Of a DNA stretch of 64,000 nt, positions 1 through 14,200 are shown piece by piece (within the stretch, counting starts at the first letter, position 1; each line of letters begins with the position of its first letter). The position numbers and the translations under genes are program-made. The DNA lies in assembly GCF_009914755.1 (NCBI RefSeq), contig NC_060926.1, one strand, 5' to 3'. The notes under the pieces are model-generated. The model had not been told where the DNA came from and did not search any database. It saw only the letters and a program-made list of their open reading frames with translations. The stretch comes from the human T2T-CHM13v2.0 reference genome, Homo sapiens.

Positions 1-630
1 CACAAGTCTTTTTCTAAGGATATATGGATTGCAATTTTATCCCAGTTCATGGTTTTCCTTGTAATTTTCTTAATGGTATCTTTTGATGAACAGGAAATTT
101 AACTTTTTCTTGGGTTCAGTTTGTCAATTTTTTTTTTAAGTTTTATTTTGTTTTTGATTGGCACATGATATTGGTATATATTTATGGATACAGTGTGATG
201 TTTCAATACATGTGTGCATTGTGTAATAATCAAATCAAGGTAATTAGCATATACATAACCTCAAATACTTATCACTTCTCTGTGGTGAGAACATTCAAAA
301 TCCTCCCTTCTAGCCATTTTGAAATTACAAGACATTATTGTTAAAAATTAGTTCTTGAGAATCAATGTCAGCAGGTCTAGCAAACTACTGCCTTTGACCA
401 CTGTGATTCTCTTATTAGTTTCATTATTATTTATGGAGTTTTTTGTAGTTGTTGTTATTTGTTTGTTCATTATATTCAACATAATGATCACATTATCTGT
501 AAATAATAACATATTTACTTTTTCCTCTTTAAATTCGATGTCTTTTATTTCATCTTCTCGGTTAGGATTTGTAACAAAAATATTTAATAGAAGTGGTGGT
601 AGCAAGCACATTTTTCTTCTCTCTCACCTT
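1..630 (-). mobile_element. Ancient L1M fragments, including an L1MA-type 3' end (~130-345)
   Basis: T-rich tail followed by 'tatttatggatacagtgtgatgtttcaatac...gtggtgagaacattcaaaatc', the antisense L1MA 3' UTR. The 348..611 minus ORF 'EIKDIEFKEEKVNMLLFTDNVII' is a decayed match to L1 ORF2 '[22 protein letters not shown]'. Confidence 0.75.
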
Positions 631-968
631 TAAGACTGCACAGATCTTTTATCTTCTACAGCCTTGTTAGTAGCTTTCTGATAATTAGATCTACCTCTGT
701 TTCATAGTCTGGCATCCAGTTGCACCGTCAGTTTTCTGAACTTTGAAAGGTCCCTCTCTATCCCAGGTAAAGTTTTTATACACAGTCTTATCATTTCAGA
801 GTGGAGCAAATACCATCCCACAAAGAAGTCAGCCGTAAAGCAGTAAAGGTCTCTTCATGTAAAAATTGTTACATATTTAGAAAGACATAGCGCTTGTTTC
901 TAATTCTGGCTCAGGTCCTTAATAGCTGAGTGATTTTTTTTCAATTCAGTTAACCTTTCTGGTCTTTA

Positions 969-1438
<470 letters not shown>

Positions 1439-3177
1439 ACAGTTTTCAACTCCTAGTTGTGTCATTAATTTATTTAAAAATATTCTAAGTATTTGTTAAA
1501 TATGCTTTGCACATCTCCAATGTAAGTTCTGACGTAATAATTGTACAAAGACAGATCACCATGGAAATTTGAAATCTATTTATTGGCTTAGATTTAATAA
1601 ATCTACTTTCATTTCACACATAATCTCTTTTCTGTGAAAACTATTTTTTTTTTTGCTTTAAAATGAAGTATTCTGAAAATCACTAAAATTATTACAAGCC
1701 TTATTTGCTTGTACAACACATTATTACATAGACTATGTGGTAACATATTTCTCATCCACACATTTTGGGTACAATGTAACTGATCCAAGAAATGGAAATA
1801 CTTACTTACATTTTCCTTCCAGGATAGTCATAGGTGGTAACTCTTACAGTGAATGTAAAACGCTGCATATAGTAAAGAATTAGCACAAGTCCCTGGAAAC
1901 TTTATTTTAAGTCCAACTTCTTGGGAAGTTTCTGTTTCAGATCTCCAGTCTTCCCAAAATATTGAACAGAATAAGATCCCCTATTTCTAATAATGACATT
2001 GCTTTCTACAGCTGAGCAGTGCGCTGCTAAATTTCTAAAGCAATCATAACTTAAATTCCCCCAGCTTTGTCATTCTTCTAGTCAAGCTAAATTACAAGGT
2101 GATAACAGTACCTATAAAAATGATATTTCCAAAAGCTCTTTATAAACTAGGCAAGATGCTATGGAAAGAATCAAAGTACCTGAAAGGAGAGAAAGAAAAC
2201 AAAAATTATTTTAAATTTTAAGAGAAGGAAAAAGCTGGTGATCTGTCTCTAACTTCGCCGTAGGGCTTCTCCCATCTTTTTAGTTTTAACTGTTTTTCTT
2301 TTCTCTCCTTCAGAGCCTCCTTACTTGGTGGTTTTTAATGACACCACCACTTATCTAATGGAACCCGGGGTGTAAAAGAAGCAGCACAATTAATAATAGT
2401 TGCCTCCAAATACCTCAGATGAAGGTTGAAAGATGTTTACTATCCTTGGGTAAAAAAACAGTTTTTTCCTCAAAAATTCTAGACCTGAACTCTTTCTGAT
2501 AATATAAATATGAAAACCTTTTAATTAAACTCTTCTTTTCCAGTGTTTAGAAGATCAAAAAGTCATATCGATTTTAAAATATATTGAGGTGATTATAATG
2601 ACAATGTACACACGCTCTTCTCTTCCCAGCTTGCGATCACATAACACCTTCCCCAGACTGTTCTCAAGAGACAGAGGTACAGAAATTCCTCTCTTAACTC
2701 CTCTCCTCCTGTAGGAGTCCAAACGTGCTTTGAAGTTGGAGATGGGAGATTCAGTGAGGCATTCTTACTGGGTGGTTCAATAATGTAATACCCAAAGGGT
2801 GACAAAGTGGTAGTTTTTTTTTTTTTCTTTTCCCCACTTGCATGAATGTGCAAGTCACAGATCAAGTTTCTCATTTCAGCCAATGTGTTCTCAATTATGA
2901 TTAAATAATGGAAGAAAAGATCAATTCTCCCACTGCCCTAAGGAGTTTTGTCAGGCAGGAAGGGCTAAGGTTGCCTCTCTGATCTAACACTATTCCTTGG
3001 AAGCTTCCAGGTATCTGAGAGTTTTTCTCTACACCCATTCACCCACTGTCTGGGTAGCATACCCTCTAGAGAACCTTTCTTAAAATGTGGCTCTGGGATC
3101 CAAACCCCTGTACAAGGGCCTCACCACTTTCTCCTTGCTTCCAGTGTCTTCTGGGTGTTCAAACCCTTAACGCTCAT

Positions 3178-3203
3178 AACAACAACAACAACAACAACAA
3201 CAA
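3178..3203. repeat. (AAC)n microsatellite
   Basis: About 8 direct AAC units. Confidence 0.95.
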
Positions 3204-3599
3204 AAATCCATCCATTCCTTTCTCCCTTTAGACAATTTAGCTTCAATGACTTCATGAGCATTGAAACAAAAGTTTAAGGAAAGACTTCAGGTCAATACCA
3301 ATGCTGACTGTCAATGGCTCCTTTCCAACCCAGAAACATAAAAATGATAATCAATTCTCTTGAGGAAAGATAAGTTCACTTCTTAAGAACATGAACTACT
3401 TACCCTTCTGGGGGTGGGATTAAGAGTGGCTACCATCTTGGAGGCCTCTATGGTGGTGAAAACAAGATGTGGTTTAGCTTATCAATAGATTATCTAGCTA
3501 CTCCAGTTAATACATTACTCCAATCACTAACCAGATCTAAAATTTACTGAACAGTAGTGGCTTTATTGACATTAATAAATTCAGCTTCAAACACAATAA

Positions 3600-3720
3600 T
3601 GGGTTTTCTACTTTGTCATAACTGAGAAATTGAAGTTCAGTGAGGTTACATGCACAAGGTCACACAACTAATAAACAACATAACCAAAATTCAAACTAGT
3701 TTCTCCAATTTCAGGCCTTT
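3600..3720 (+). mobile_element. MIR fragment
   Basis: 'gagaaattgaagttcagtgaggtta...caaggtcacacaacta' matches the MIR core. Confidence 0.65.
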
Positions 3721-4964
3721 TATGCAACTACTACACTCTAACACTTCTGAATTTACCCAGATTCCTGAAGGATGGCTGCTTCATGACTCACCAGTCACAT
3801 GCAACACAGCATTACCATTGCCTCAACTGATAAGCATAAACCTATGGACAAATATAATATGTCAGATATGCCTAAACTTATCTTTAAGAAAAAAAGAATT
3901 CTCCACCTGTAAGGCAGACCAATAGTTGTTAAAAACTAACAGAAATGATATTGCATGGTTATGATTTTTAATACAATGTATTAGTTTTCTTATAATGTGT
4001 GTGTTTTTGAACTGGATAGGTACCATGATATATTATCTCAGCGTTGCTTGGCAAGCCTGTACCCTGGATCATCAGTCCCCATTTAACTTTAAAGCTATTG
4101 TTAGGACAGGTCTGGAGTACTCAATTTCTGATTCAACTCAGAACACCTGGATTCAACAACTTGAGGTCGTTTTTTTTTTGCTTCTTCTTCCAGAATTACT
4201 TCTGTAATTATTGCTCTTTACTGTGGGACATAGAATAGATAGCTTTTTACTCAGAATTACAGGAGAATTTCCACAAGGTCACCAGGAACGTGATTTAAGA
4301 AGTAAGTACTAACTTCATTTTCTTCTTTTGTCCATACTCCTTAAGAAAATGTGTTCAGATGAAGTAATGTGATTGGTTTTACCAGAATCAGTCCTGTTTC
4401 TCAACCATATTTTATGCTCAGATTTTATACACAGTGAATTATTTTAAATTTCACACTCAGGCAAAAGGTAGAAGAAAAAAATCTGGAATATTTAATTGAT
4501 GAGACCTAGTTTTCCATCCTAGCGCTCTGTTAATAACTCAAAAACAATTAAAATACTTGAACTATAACAGAATTATTTCTATAGTAAGGCTATGGCTTTA
4601 AATTTGAAAATAACTGACTGACATGAAAACCATTTGGCTATCGTGTTGCCACTGTAAATCTTTCACTGAGCAGAGCTAAACATTATTAAATTGTGCCACT
4701 CAAATTTAATATTACACTTTGGTGTATGAAAAACCCTCCCAAGCCTCAATGCTTCTCTTCCATTTAATGAAAGCATGCACAGCTCAGAAAAACAAAAAAG
4801 GCATTTCTGTTTCAATGCTATATATACGCACTTCTGAAAAATCTCAGCTCAGCAAAATCACAGTTTACAGGGAAAAATAAGATTGTAGAAGACCACTTAA
4901 AATTTATGGAATTTTGCAACTGGAACATTGACAAAAACTGTAATAATCTTGAGAAAAATTTTAG

Positions 4965-5425
4965 TAAGGGAGGAGACCACCCCTCATATTGTCTTATGAC
5001 CAATTTCTGCCTCAAAGGAAAAGTAGGAGTTAAAGAAAAGACACAAGTGAAATCAGTAGTCAGACAGCCCGGCGCTGCATTCCAGGCCTGGTAGTTGAAG
5101 ACTGACCCCTGACCTAACTGGTTATGTTACCTATAGATTCCAGACATTGTATAGAAAAGCGCTGTGAAAATTCCTGTCCTGTTCTGTTCCGTTCTAATTA
5201 CCGGTGCATGCAGCTCCCAGTCACGTACCCACTGCTTGCTCAATCGATCACGACTCTCTCACGCAGACCCCCTTAGAGTTGTAAGCCCTTAAAAGGGACA
5301 GGAATTGCTCACTTGAGGAGCTCGGTTTTTGGAGACAAGAGTCCGCCGATGCTCCCAGCTGAATAAAGCCCTTCCTTCTTTAACTTGGTGTCTGAGGGGT
5401 TTTGTCTGCGGCTCATCCTGCTACA
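4965..5425 (+). mobile_element. Solo LTR2-family LTR (HERV-E/Harlequin, ERV1)
   Basis: Begins TAAGGGAGGAGACCACCCCTCATATTG and ends GTCTGCGGCTCATCCTGCTACA. TATA-like TTAAAA at 5289, AATAAA at 5362, 4-bp flanks ttag/ctag (TSD with one mismatch). Confidence 0.9.
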
Positions 5426-5723
5426 CTAGCATAGTGAAATGCTAATTTTTTTTATTTTGTAATTTAGGATTTCTTTAAGAGAGGACAAAATTTTAAAGCT
5501 GACTATAGTCCCTTTGGGAAACAGGTAAAACATATTTTTTCCCTTATTTTTGCCACGTCAGGCCTAAGTGGCAGAGATAATTTATATCCTAGGAATATTT
5601 TTATCAGGACTTTGTTTTTGAATAACATTTCAGAAAGAACAGAGCTGTTTGGAAGGCAATGGCTTCCAGACATACTAAATGTATGCTGTCTGGGGAAACT
5701 TGGGGAAATTTGAGTTTTCTGGG

Positions 5724-5770
5724 TTTTTTTTCTTGCTTGTTTTTTTTTTTTTTTTTTTTTTTTTTTGTTT
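5724..5770. repeat. Poly-T tract
   Basis: T-rich run with about 27 uninterrupted T. Confidence 0.9.
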
Positions 5771-6027
5771 GAGTCAAGGAGTCAAGGTACATAATTCACA
5801 GAAAAACAGTAACAGTGAATTATTTTTTAGGAAAAGGATACAAATAGCCATTAAATGGGTCTTGAAACAACCACTTATAAATAAGGGCATCCTCTCTCCA
5901 TCCAAACATTTTAGTGGTAAAAACAACTTTTCAGGAATTTGCTTCATCTCTTTTGGGGGATTTACATATACCGTATAGAGCAAGATATGGGGGTGGTGAT
6001 TAAAAACTTTTGAGGGATTTGTGTTCA

Positions 6028-6223
6028 TTTGTTTGTTTGTTTAAGATGGAGTCTTGCTTTGTCACTCAGTCTGGAGTGCATTGGCACTATCACAGCTCTC
6101 TGTAGCCTCGAACTCCTGGACTCAGGCCATCCTCTCTCCTCAGCCTCCTGAGTAGCCATGACCACAGGTATGCACCACCACGCCCAGTTAATTTTTTAAT
6201 TTTTTGTAGAGATGGGGTCTCAC
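6028..6223 (-). mobile_element. AluJ, 5'-truncated
   Basis: Antisense right monomer with J-type motifs (tcacagctc, gcctcgaactcctgg, gtagagatggggtctcac) and a (TTTG)n tail. Confidence 0.85.
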
Positions 6224-7639
6224 AATTTCGAGGTTTTGATTGAGGTTTACTATTCTCATAAATCTATTTACTTTCTGAATCATACAGAATGCTCACTTTT
6301 TAAATCTTAAATTATTGCTAACTAAAATAATCAGGGTGTTTTCTTTTTCTCACTCAGCTTGTTTAATGTGTAAGAAAGGAAAATGAGGTTGACGTTTTAA
6401 TTTATGCCACCTCTCATCATACTCTCTAAAGCTACATAAAATGAGAAACATCCTGGCCTATAAAGCAAATGTCTGCCCTGTGGAGCAATCTCTCTTGTTA
6501 ATCAGCGGGGGGTTAACTGAAGACATCTGGTAGATCCCGACAGAACAGGAAGAGAGCCATCCTGAAGGACACATGAAGCAGGAGAGGGCAGAGCCCACTC
6601 CACAAAAGACAAGAGAGATGAGTGTGCATGCATGGCTTTTGAAGGAAGTGTGAGGAGGGTACTGGGCAGGTGAATGCAGCCATGAGGTCTCCATCTGCTC
6701 TGAAAAGAGGAATACATGACGATACCAACAGTAGGAGAGAATCAGTTATATGGTGTCTGTGAACAAGTAGGGCCCATTGAGTATATACTGCAATTCAAGG
6801 TCCAACAAATACCAAACACAAGAAATGCTGGGTATAGTAAAGAAAATTAATTGAAAGATCTTAACCTTCCACTCATTTGCAAAAAACCTATCACCTTAAT
6901 CCATATTTGAGTCAGCGGCTTGTCCTAGTTGGGCTTTCAAAACAAACCACTCCTTAGCCCCGTGACAATTTAGAGCCTGAATCATATAAAGAGCCTCTAC
7001 CTTGGATGTACTTCACATCAAAGTCAAGTGTGTTTGCTGCCATTCACTTACAGACCTTCAGTAGTCACTGGTATGGGGCAGAGATTATCTCTTCTCTCTT
7101 GGCAGAGAGCAGATACCTCTTGGCTGAGATTCTACCTCTATTCCTAGTTCCTGAAGACCTGGGTTGCCACATGGCTCAGATTTCCCATTGTGTATATGAA
7201 AGCCCATCTTTCTCAACTGAATCCTTGAAATCTGTCACTCCCAGATGCTGAATTCTGCATGCACACTCATGAGCACAATGTTTCTAAAGCCAGTACCATT
7301 CTCCCCATCTTTCTCCAAAAGCAGTATCAATTCATCTTCTAGCATCAGGATAGTTGCCATCCTTCTGGCCAACCATCAAACTGCTAAGCCCTCCCTCTCT
7401 GTCAACCAGGGCCACTCTGTTTCACACTAATGCTCCTGTCTTTTACAGTTATTTGAAGATAAACTCTCTTTAGACTCTTGGAGTCAAGACATCAGGACTT
7501 ACACGTTAGAATTTGTCTTTGTTACCTCTGAAATCATTAGCTTCTTGAAATAATGCTCCTGGGAAATTGAACAGATGGAAAGCTTCCCAATAGATCATCC
7601 ACATATACATTTATTTTTGCCTATGGTAAAAATAATAGG

Positions 7640-7840
7640 GATAATAATAGTAATAAGACTGATTACTTGGTGCTAGGTGCTCTTTGACTCACTACATGTA
7701 TTGAGCAATTTAATCTGTAGAAGAATGCTATGAGAAAGCTGAATCATAGAGTGGTTAAATATGTTGTCTAAAGTTACATAATTAGTAATTGTCAGAGTAG
7801 AAATTTAAACCCAAGCTTTCTAGCTAAGAGCTCATGCTCT
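7640..7840 (+). mobile_element. MIR fragment
   Basis: 'gctgaatcatagagtggttaaatatgttgtctaaagttacata...agaaatttaaacccaag' resembles the MIR core. Confidence 0.6.
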
Positions 7841-8089
7841 CAATCACCACATTTAATACAGGCATCTGATGAGAAAGCCATCCATTGGTTAAAAGAAAAA
7901 GAAAGAGGAGGAACACACAGATATAGGTACAAACGTGACTTACATATCATTTTTAGAAAGATAATATGAACATTTGAAGGAAAAGATAAATGTAAACCAA
8001 GATCATTGATATGGAATAGCAAATGAAGTAAAAACTTCCAATGAGACTGTTTTGATCTTGGTTTCTGATTCTACTAAAAATCAAACTGA

Positions 8090-10020
8090 TAGTTGTAAGT
8101 ATGCAGTCTAATTTCTGGGCTCTTCATTCTGTTCCATCGGTCTGTATGTCTTTTTATGTACTAGTACCATGCTATTATGGTTACTGTAGCCCTGTAGTAT
8201 AGTTTGAAGTTACGTACCTGATGCCTCTAGCTTTGTTGTTTTGCTTAGGATTGCACTGGCTATTCGGACTCCTTTTTGGTTCCATATGAATTTTAAAATA
8301 TCTTTTCCTAGTTCTGTGAAGAATGTCATTGGCAGTTTAATAGAAATATCATTGAATCTATAAATTACTTTGGGCAGTCTGGTCATTTTAACGATATTCA
8401 TTCTCCCTATCCATGAATATGAAAAGTTTTTTTCCAGTTGCTTGTGTCATCTCTGATTTCTTTGAGCAGTGTTTTGTAGTTATCCTTGTAGAGCTCTTTC
8501 ACCTCCCTGGTTAGCTGTATTCCTAGGTGTTTTATTCTGGTTGTGGCAATTGTGAGTAGGATTGCCTTCCTAATTTGACTCTCAGCTTGACCATTGTTGG
8601 TATATAGGAATGCTGATAATTTTTGTACATGGATTTTGTATCCTGAAACAATGCTGAAGTTGTTTATCAGCTAAGGAGTTTTTGGGCTGAGGCCATGGGG
8701 TTTTCTAGATATGGGATCATGCCATCTGCAAACAGGAATAGTTTGGCTTCCTCTCTTTCTATTTGGATGCCCTTTATTTCTTTCTCTTGCCTGATTGCTT
8801 TGGGGATAGGAATTCCTATTCAATAAATGGGCTGGGATAACTGGATAGCCATATGCAGAAGATTGAAACTGGACCTCTTCTTTACACCATATACAATAAT
8901 TAACTCAAAGATTAATTGAAGATTTAGATGCAAAACCCAAAACTATGAAAACCTTGGAAGACAACCTAAGCAATACCATGTTGGTCACAGGAATAAGCAA
9001 AGATTCAATGACAAGGATGCCAACAACAATTGCAACAAAAGCAAAAATTGACAAATGGGATCTAATTAAACTAAATATCTTTACAGCAAAATAATCTATG
9101 CATCTGGCAAAGATCGAATATCCAACATCTATAAGAAACTTAAACAAATTCATAAGAAAAAACAAAGAGCCCCATTAAAAAGGGAGCCACAGATATAAAC
9201 AGACACTTTTCAAAAGAAGACATACAGGCAGCCGACAAGCATATGGAAAAAAGGCCAACACCACGGATCGTTAGAGAAATGCTAATCAAAACCACAATGA
9301 GGTACCATCTCACACAAGTAAGAATGGCTATTATTAAAGAGTCAAAAATTAACAGATGCTGTGGAGGTTGTAGAGAAGAAGGAATGCTTATACACTGCTG
9401 GTGGAAGTGTAAATTTGTTCATCCATTGTGTAAAACAGTGTGGCAATTCCTCAAAAACCTAAAAATAGAACTACCATTCGACTCGGAAATTCCATTACTG
9501 GGTGCCCAAAAGAATATAAGTTGCTCTATCATAAAGACACATGCATGAATATGTTCACTGCTGCACAAAACATAATAGCAAAGACATGGAATCAACCTAA
9601 ATGCCCAGCAATGGTAGAATGAATAAAGAAAATGTGGTACATATACACCGTGGAATACTAAGCAGCCATAAAAAAGAACAAGATGATGTTCTTTGCAGGA
9701 ACATTCATTGAGCTGGAGGCCATTATCCTTAGCAAACTAACGCAGGAGGAGAAATCAAACACCACATGTTATCACTAATAAGTGGGAGCTAAATGATGAA
9801 AACACATGGACACACAGAAGGCAACAAAACACACTGAGGCCTATTGGAGGGTGGAGGGTGAATAGAGGGAGAGAATTGGGAGAAGTAACGAATGGGTTAC
9901 ACCAGGCTTAATATCTGAGTGATGAAATAATCTGTACAACAAACCCCCATGATACAAGTTTACCTTTGTAACAAACCAGCACATGTACCCCTAAACTTAA
10001 AATAAAAAATAAAGGAAAAA
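8090..10020 (+). mobile_element. Older L1PA (L1PA13-16-like), 5'-truncated with 5' inversion (inverted ~8090-8803, sense 8801-10020)
   Basis: Antisense ORF2 piece (minus ORF 8210..8401), then sense ORF2 C-terminus, 3' UTR and A tail. TSD-like aaaaatcaaactga (8076-8089) / aaaaaagaaactga (10016-10029). Confidence 0.9.
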
Positions 10021-10260
10021 AGAAACTGAAAGTTTATTATATGACTGTAAAAAACTGTTCTGTCATTCAGGAAAATAAGAACAATGTGAGGATATAGACC
10101 TAGCTCTAATTCTTTTGTACAAATTTTGGGGAAGACTATCTTAAACATACATCAATTTCCCCCCAACCCAATCGAAAGATATGTGTATATAATGTTAGTG
10201 TCATTTTAGAAAACTCCTAGTCCCTAAAATCCTACAGCTTAATTTTCTAAAATCACAATT

Positions 10261-10560
10261 TTTTTTTTTTTTTTTGAGACAGAGTCTCGCTCAGTCGGCC
10301 AAGCTAGAGTGCAGTGGTTTGATCTCCACTCACTGCAAGCTCCGCCTCTTGGGTTCACGCCATTCTCCTGCCTCAGCCTCCGGAGTAGCTGCGACTGCAG
10401 GCGCCCGCCACCACGCCCAGCTAATTTTTTTTGTATTTTTTTAGTAGAGACGGGGTTTCACCATGTTAGCCAGGATGGTCTCCATCTCCTGACCTCGTGA
10501 TCCGCCCGCCTCGGCCTCCCAAAGTGCTGGGATTACAGGCGTGAGCCACCGTGCCCGGCC
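10261..10560 (-). mobile_element. AluY, full length
   Basis: Y-type motifs (gcaagctccgcc, ttcacgccattc, ttagccaggatgg, gacctcgtgatccg), CpG-rich. Perfect TSD taaaatcacaatt at 10248-10260 and 10561-10573. Confidence 0.95.
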
Positions 10561-10657
10561 TAAAATCACAATTCTTTTTGGACTATCGGCTTAACAAAAG
10601 TTTTAGAGTTACATATAAGATTAAAATGATCACATGAGTAGATTTTTAAGATAACTG

Positions 10658-11168
<511 letters not shown>

Positions 11169-12962
11169 TGGTAATTGATGTTCATCTTTCTGCTGCTTAG
11201 GAGAACCAAAGAGAGCTTTCTCTTGAATTGTGGCAAACCACATATAAATCCTAGTGTTTATTCCTGTGCTCTATGGCCTGCTGATACTTACTAATGCTTG
11301 ATCTATAACTGAATTTAATGACTTGTAAAAAGCTACTAATTCATGGTCTTTAATAGCATTTCTGCTTGGTCAGCTAGGTGAGTTGTATAAATTTATAAAC
11401 CTAAAATCATTAATTGGATAGAAAGTTATAAAGAACACTGCAGAACTATAGCATTAAAACAGCCTGAAATTTCAGCTTTTTAATTTATATACAAATTCTT
11501 ATTTCATTTTGCTTGAAGTCTTTGTGTGAGGTTATGAGATAATAAATTCCCATTTTTCTCTAGCCTGTTAGTTCCCCCTAGTTTTAATTATTGATGAGAG
11601 ACTGGCTCAATAACCTTATTTTTCTTTCCACGGAACATGTTTAGGTAATCACAGACAGTGGTGGCTGAAGAGACAAGCTCCATCACTTGACCAAAGAAAC
11701 TAGAAGAGATTTGCAGTTTATATCTCAGTCAATTTATTTATTACCTATAATAGATGATTTTTTAAGGTAGTTGTTCTATTGACAGTTGTCATTTAAATCC
11801 ATGCCTCATAAATCAGAGGCATTTCTAATAATATGGTGTTAGAAGCTATAAGTCCTACACCACTTACAAATACCAAGTTTGAAACATGTTAAACTGGCTA
11901 TTTTCCTAGAACTAATCACAGAATTATGTAGAACATATAAAGTCTGGTTATGAATGCAACTAGAACGTTCTAGGTATATCTCCAATATAGAAGTAAGTGC
12001 TTTCACTACCATTGCAGCCAATTGTTTTACTATAGCACACTCTGTGCAAAGAATTGGTTATTTTAACAAATAAAATTTTCCCAAGCTACCCACATTAAAA
12101 ACATTTTAGTTCCAAAATGGGATTAAATGAGGAAAGCATACTTACATCACAGTATTAATAAAGAACTGAGTAACAATACAGACACCCAAATAATGTAGAA
12201 CTTCGGCAAATGCTGAAAAGTAGACAGCATTGATTTTACTTTCAGATCATCTTGAATTGGAGTCTTCAAATGCAATTTTGAAATTACAGAATTGTTCTCT
12301 AACAAACAACTTTTTAATTAAAGTCTACAGAAACGTAGTTTATTTAGTTTATTTCTTAGAGAGTAAAAGATTCATTCTACTTAGATTTGTACATTTTCTG
12401 ATGCTATAGGTAATGTGTATTTATTTATTCCTTTCAAAAAATTTCCCAATAGTTTTACATGCCTTTTCTTATAAAGCTTTGCAGAATGTTGTGAACAAAA
12501 GAGCTAATACAGCCACAAGGAATACAACTGCATTTAAAATAGAAAACTCAAAAACAAAATTCAGAATTAAAAAATTTTTATTAATATCATTATTCCCAAA
12601 TCATTATTCAGCTTGCCTTTTCTGAGCATCCTGTTCCCCTTAATTGGTAATGTAATTAAGAACACTATATTTGTAGCAGAAGCAATGACATAATTGAGGA
12701 ACCAAGAGAGGTTAAGCAAGGTCTATATCTTTGAATGTCAAGACAGCTCTGTATGGGTTTCTCACTCTTAAAATAACATTGCTTATTATTTGGGTCAATA
12801 TTTTAACAATATTTGCAGAGCAGTTTAAACACTCAGAGTACATTTGCAAATCTGTGAAGTAAGCATGAAATTCATGTTGTCTTCATTTAATTGAATGTGA
12901 AAAATTAGAATGAAATTTAATAATTCTTCTCAACTTCTTCTGCAAATTACAAGGTCTCTTAA

Positions 12963-13046
12963 AATTATTGATACATAATAGTTGTACATATTTATTGGGT
13001 ACATGTGCTATTTTGATACAAGCATACAATGTGTAATGATCAAATT
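12963..13046 (-). mobile_element. L1MA-type 3' end fragment
   Basis: 'ttgatacataatagttgtacatatttattgggtacatgtg...aatgtgtaatgatcaaat'. Confidence 0.7.
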
Positions 13047-13859
13047 GATTATTTGGAATTCAAGATTTCATGTCCTCTTCATAATACTTATCTTTTTCCT
13101 TGTGCTTATTGTAATCAAGACCATTTTTGACATATTTCAGCCCCAAATACCACTATTTTTACAAAAGGTTCTGGTAAATAATTAGTTCAAGAGCCAATGA
13201 AACTTCCTTGTGAGATTTTCCACTCAGAAAAAATGAATTATAGAGTGCTTTCTGGGGCTGTGAACGATCAAAAGATAATGGTCATTTTTAAGACAACAGT
13301 GCAGTCTTTATTAATGAGGAAATCTAGCCTAAGGGATCCCAGTTAAAAGATGGGTTCATTATTCACAGACCAGTTTGTTTCCCAAATTTTAATTGACAGG
13401 CCTTAAAAGGTCCTTTTGGCAATGTAAACTGTCCACATTGCTGATACATTATGCCAATACGGAAAAATTTACATTTGTCTAAATAGTTAAATAAAGATGG
13501 ATAGATGAGGAGGTAGCCTATGGATTTTAATCATAATATTCTGATAGGAAGGACAGACAGTGTTCAAATAAATGGCTGAAAACTACTCTTCCAATGTGAA
13601 CCATCGCAAGTTCTTTAAGGTTTCTTACTATTTTGCACAACATATCTAAAGGAATGTCGCTAAGTACTACCTGGTCGAGTAACTCTTTTCTTCTTAAAGA
13701 GTCAATGGAACAGAAACAGCATAACAAAGGGAAAGAACGTGGGTTTATGTTTAAGGCTAACAATAAAAAACTGGCAATTTATTTGCTAACTAAACTTATG
13801 AAAATTATTTAATTGATTTTCTTTGCCTAACCTGACATTTCCTGATTATGTCTTATCTT

Positions 13860-14200
13860 CAACTATCTCAAGCTTTTGCTGGTGCATTCCTTTTTCTGAA
13901 ATGTCTACTCCTTTATTTCTACATACCCAAAGCCACTTACTCTCCAAGACTCAACTCAGTTATCTCCTTCTCTGGATCAAGCTAGATGAAAAATATTTCT
14001 TCCTATTCTGATCTTCAATATCTCTAAATTTGTACCTGTCATGTAATCTTGACCATATAAAACACATTATTCAACATATTCATACCTCTTTAGCCAAATT
14101 ACAGTTTTCTTGAGGGCAGGAATCAAGTTTCTATTATCTTTCTAAAACCATCATAATACAGACATTCTTGTAGTAAAATATTATAAATACAGCATGAAGT
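13860..14200 (+). mobile_element. L2 3' fragment
   Basis: 'ttcttgagggcaggaatcaagtttctatt' resembles the L2 3' end motif; heavily diverged. Confidence 0.45.

Noticed and set aside
2327-2349. Small hairpin tggtggt...accacca
   Set aside because: A 7-bp stem is expected by chance in 64 kb.
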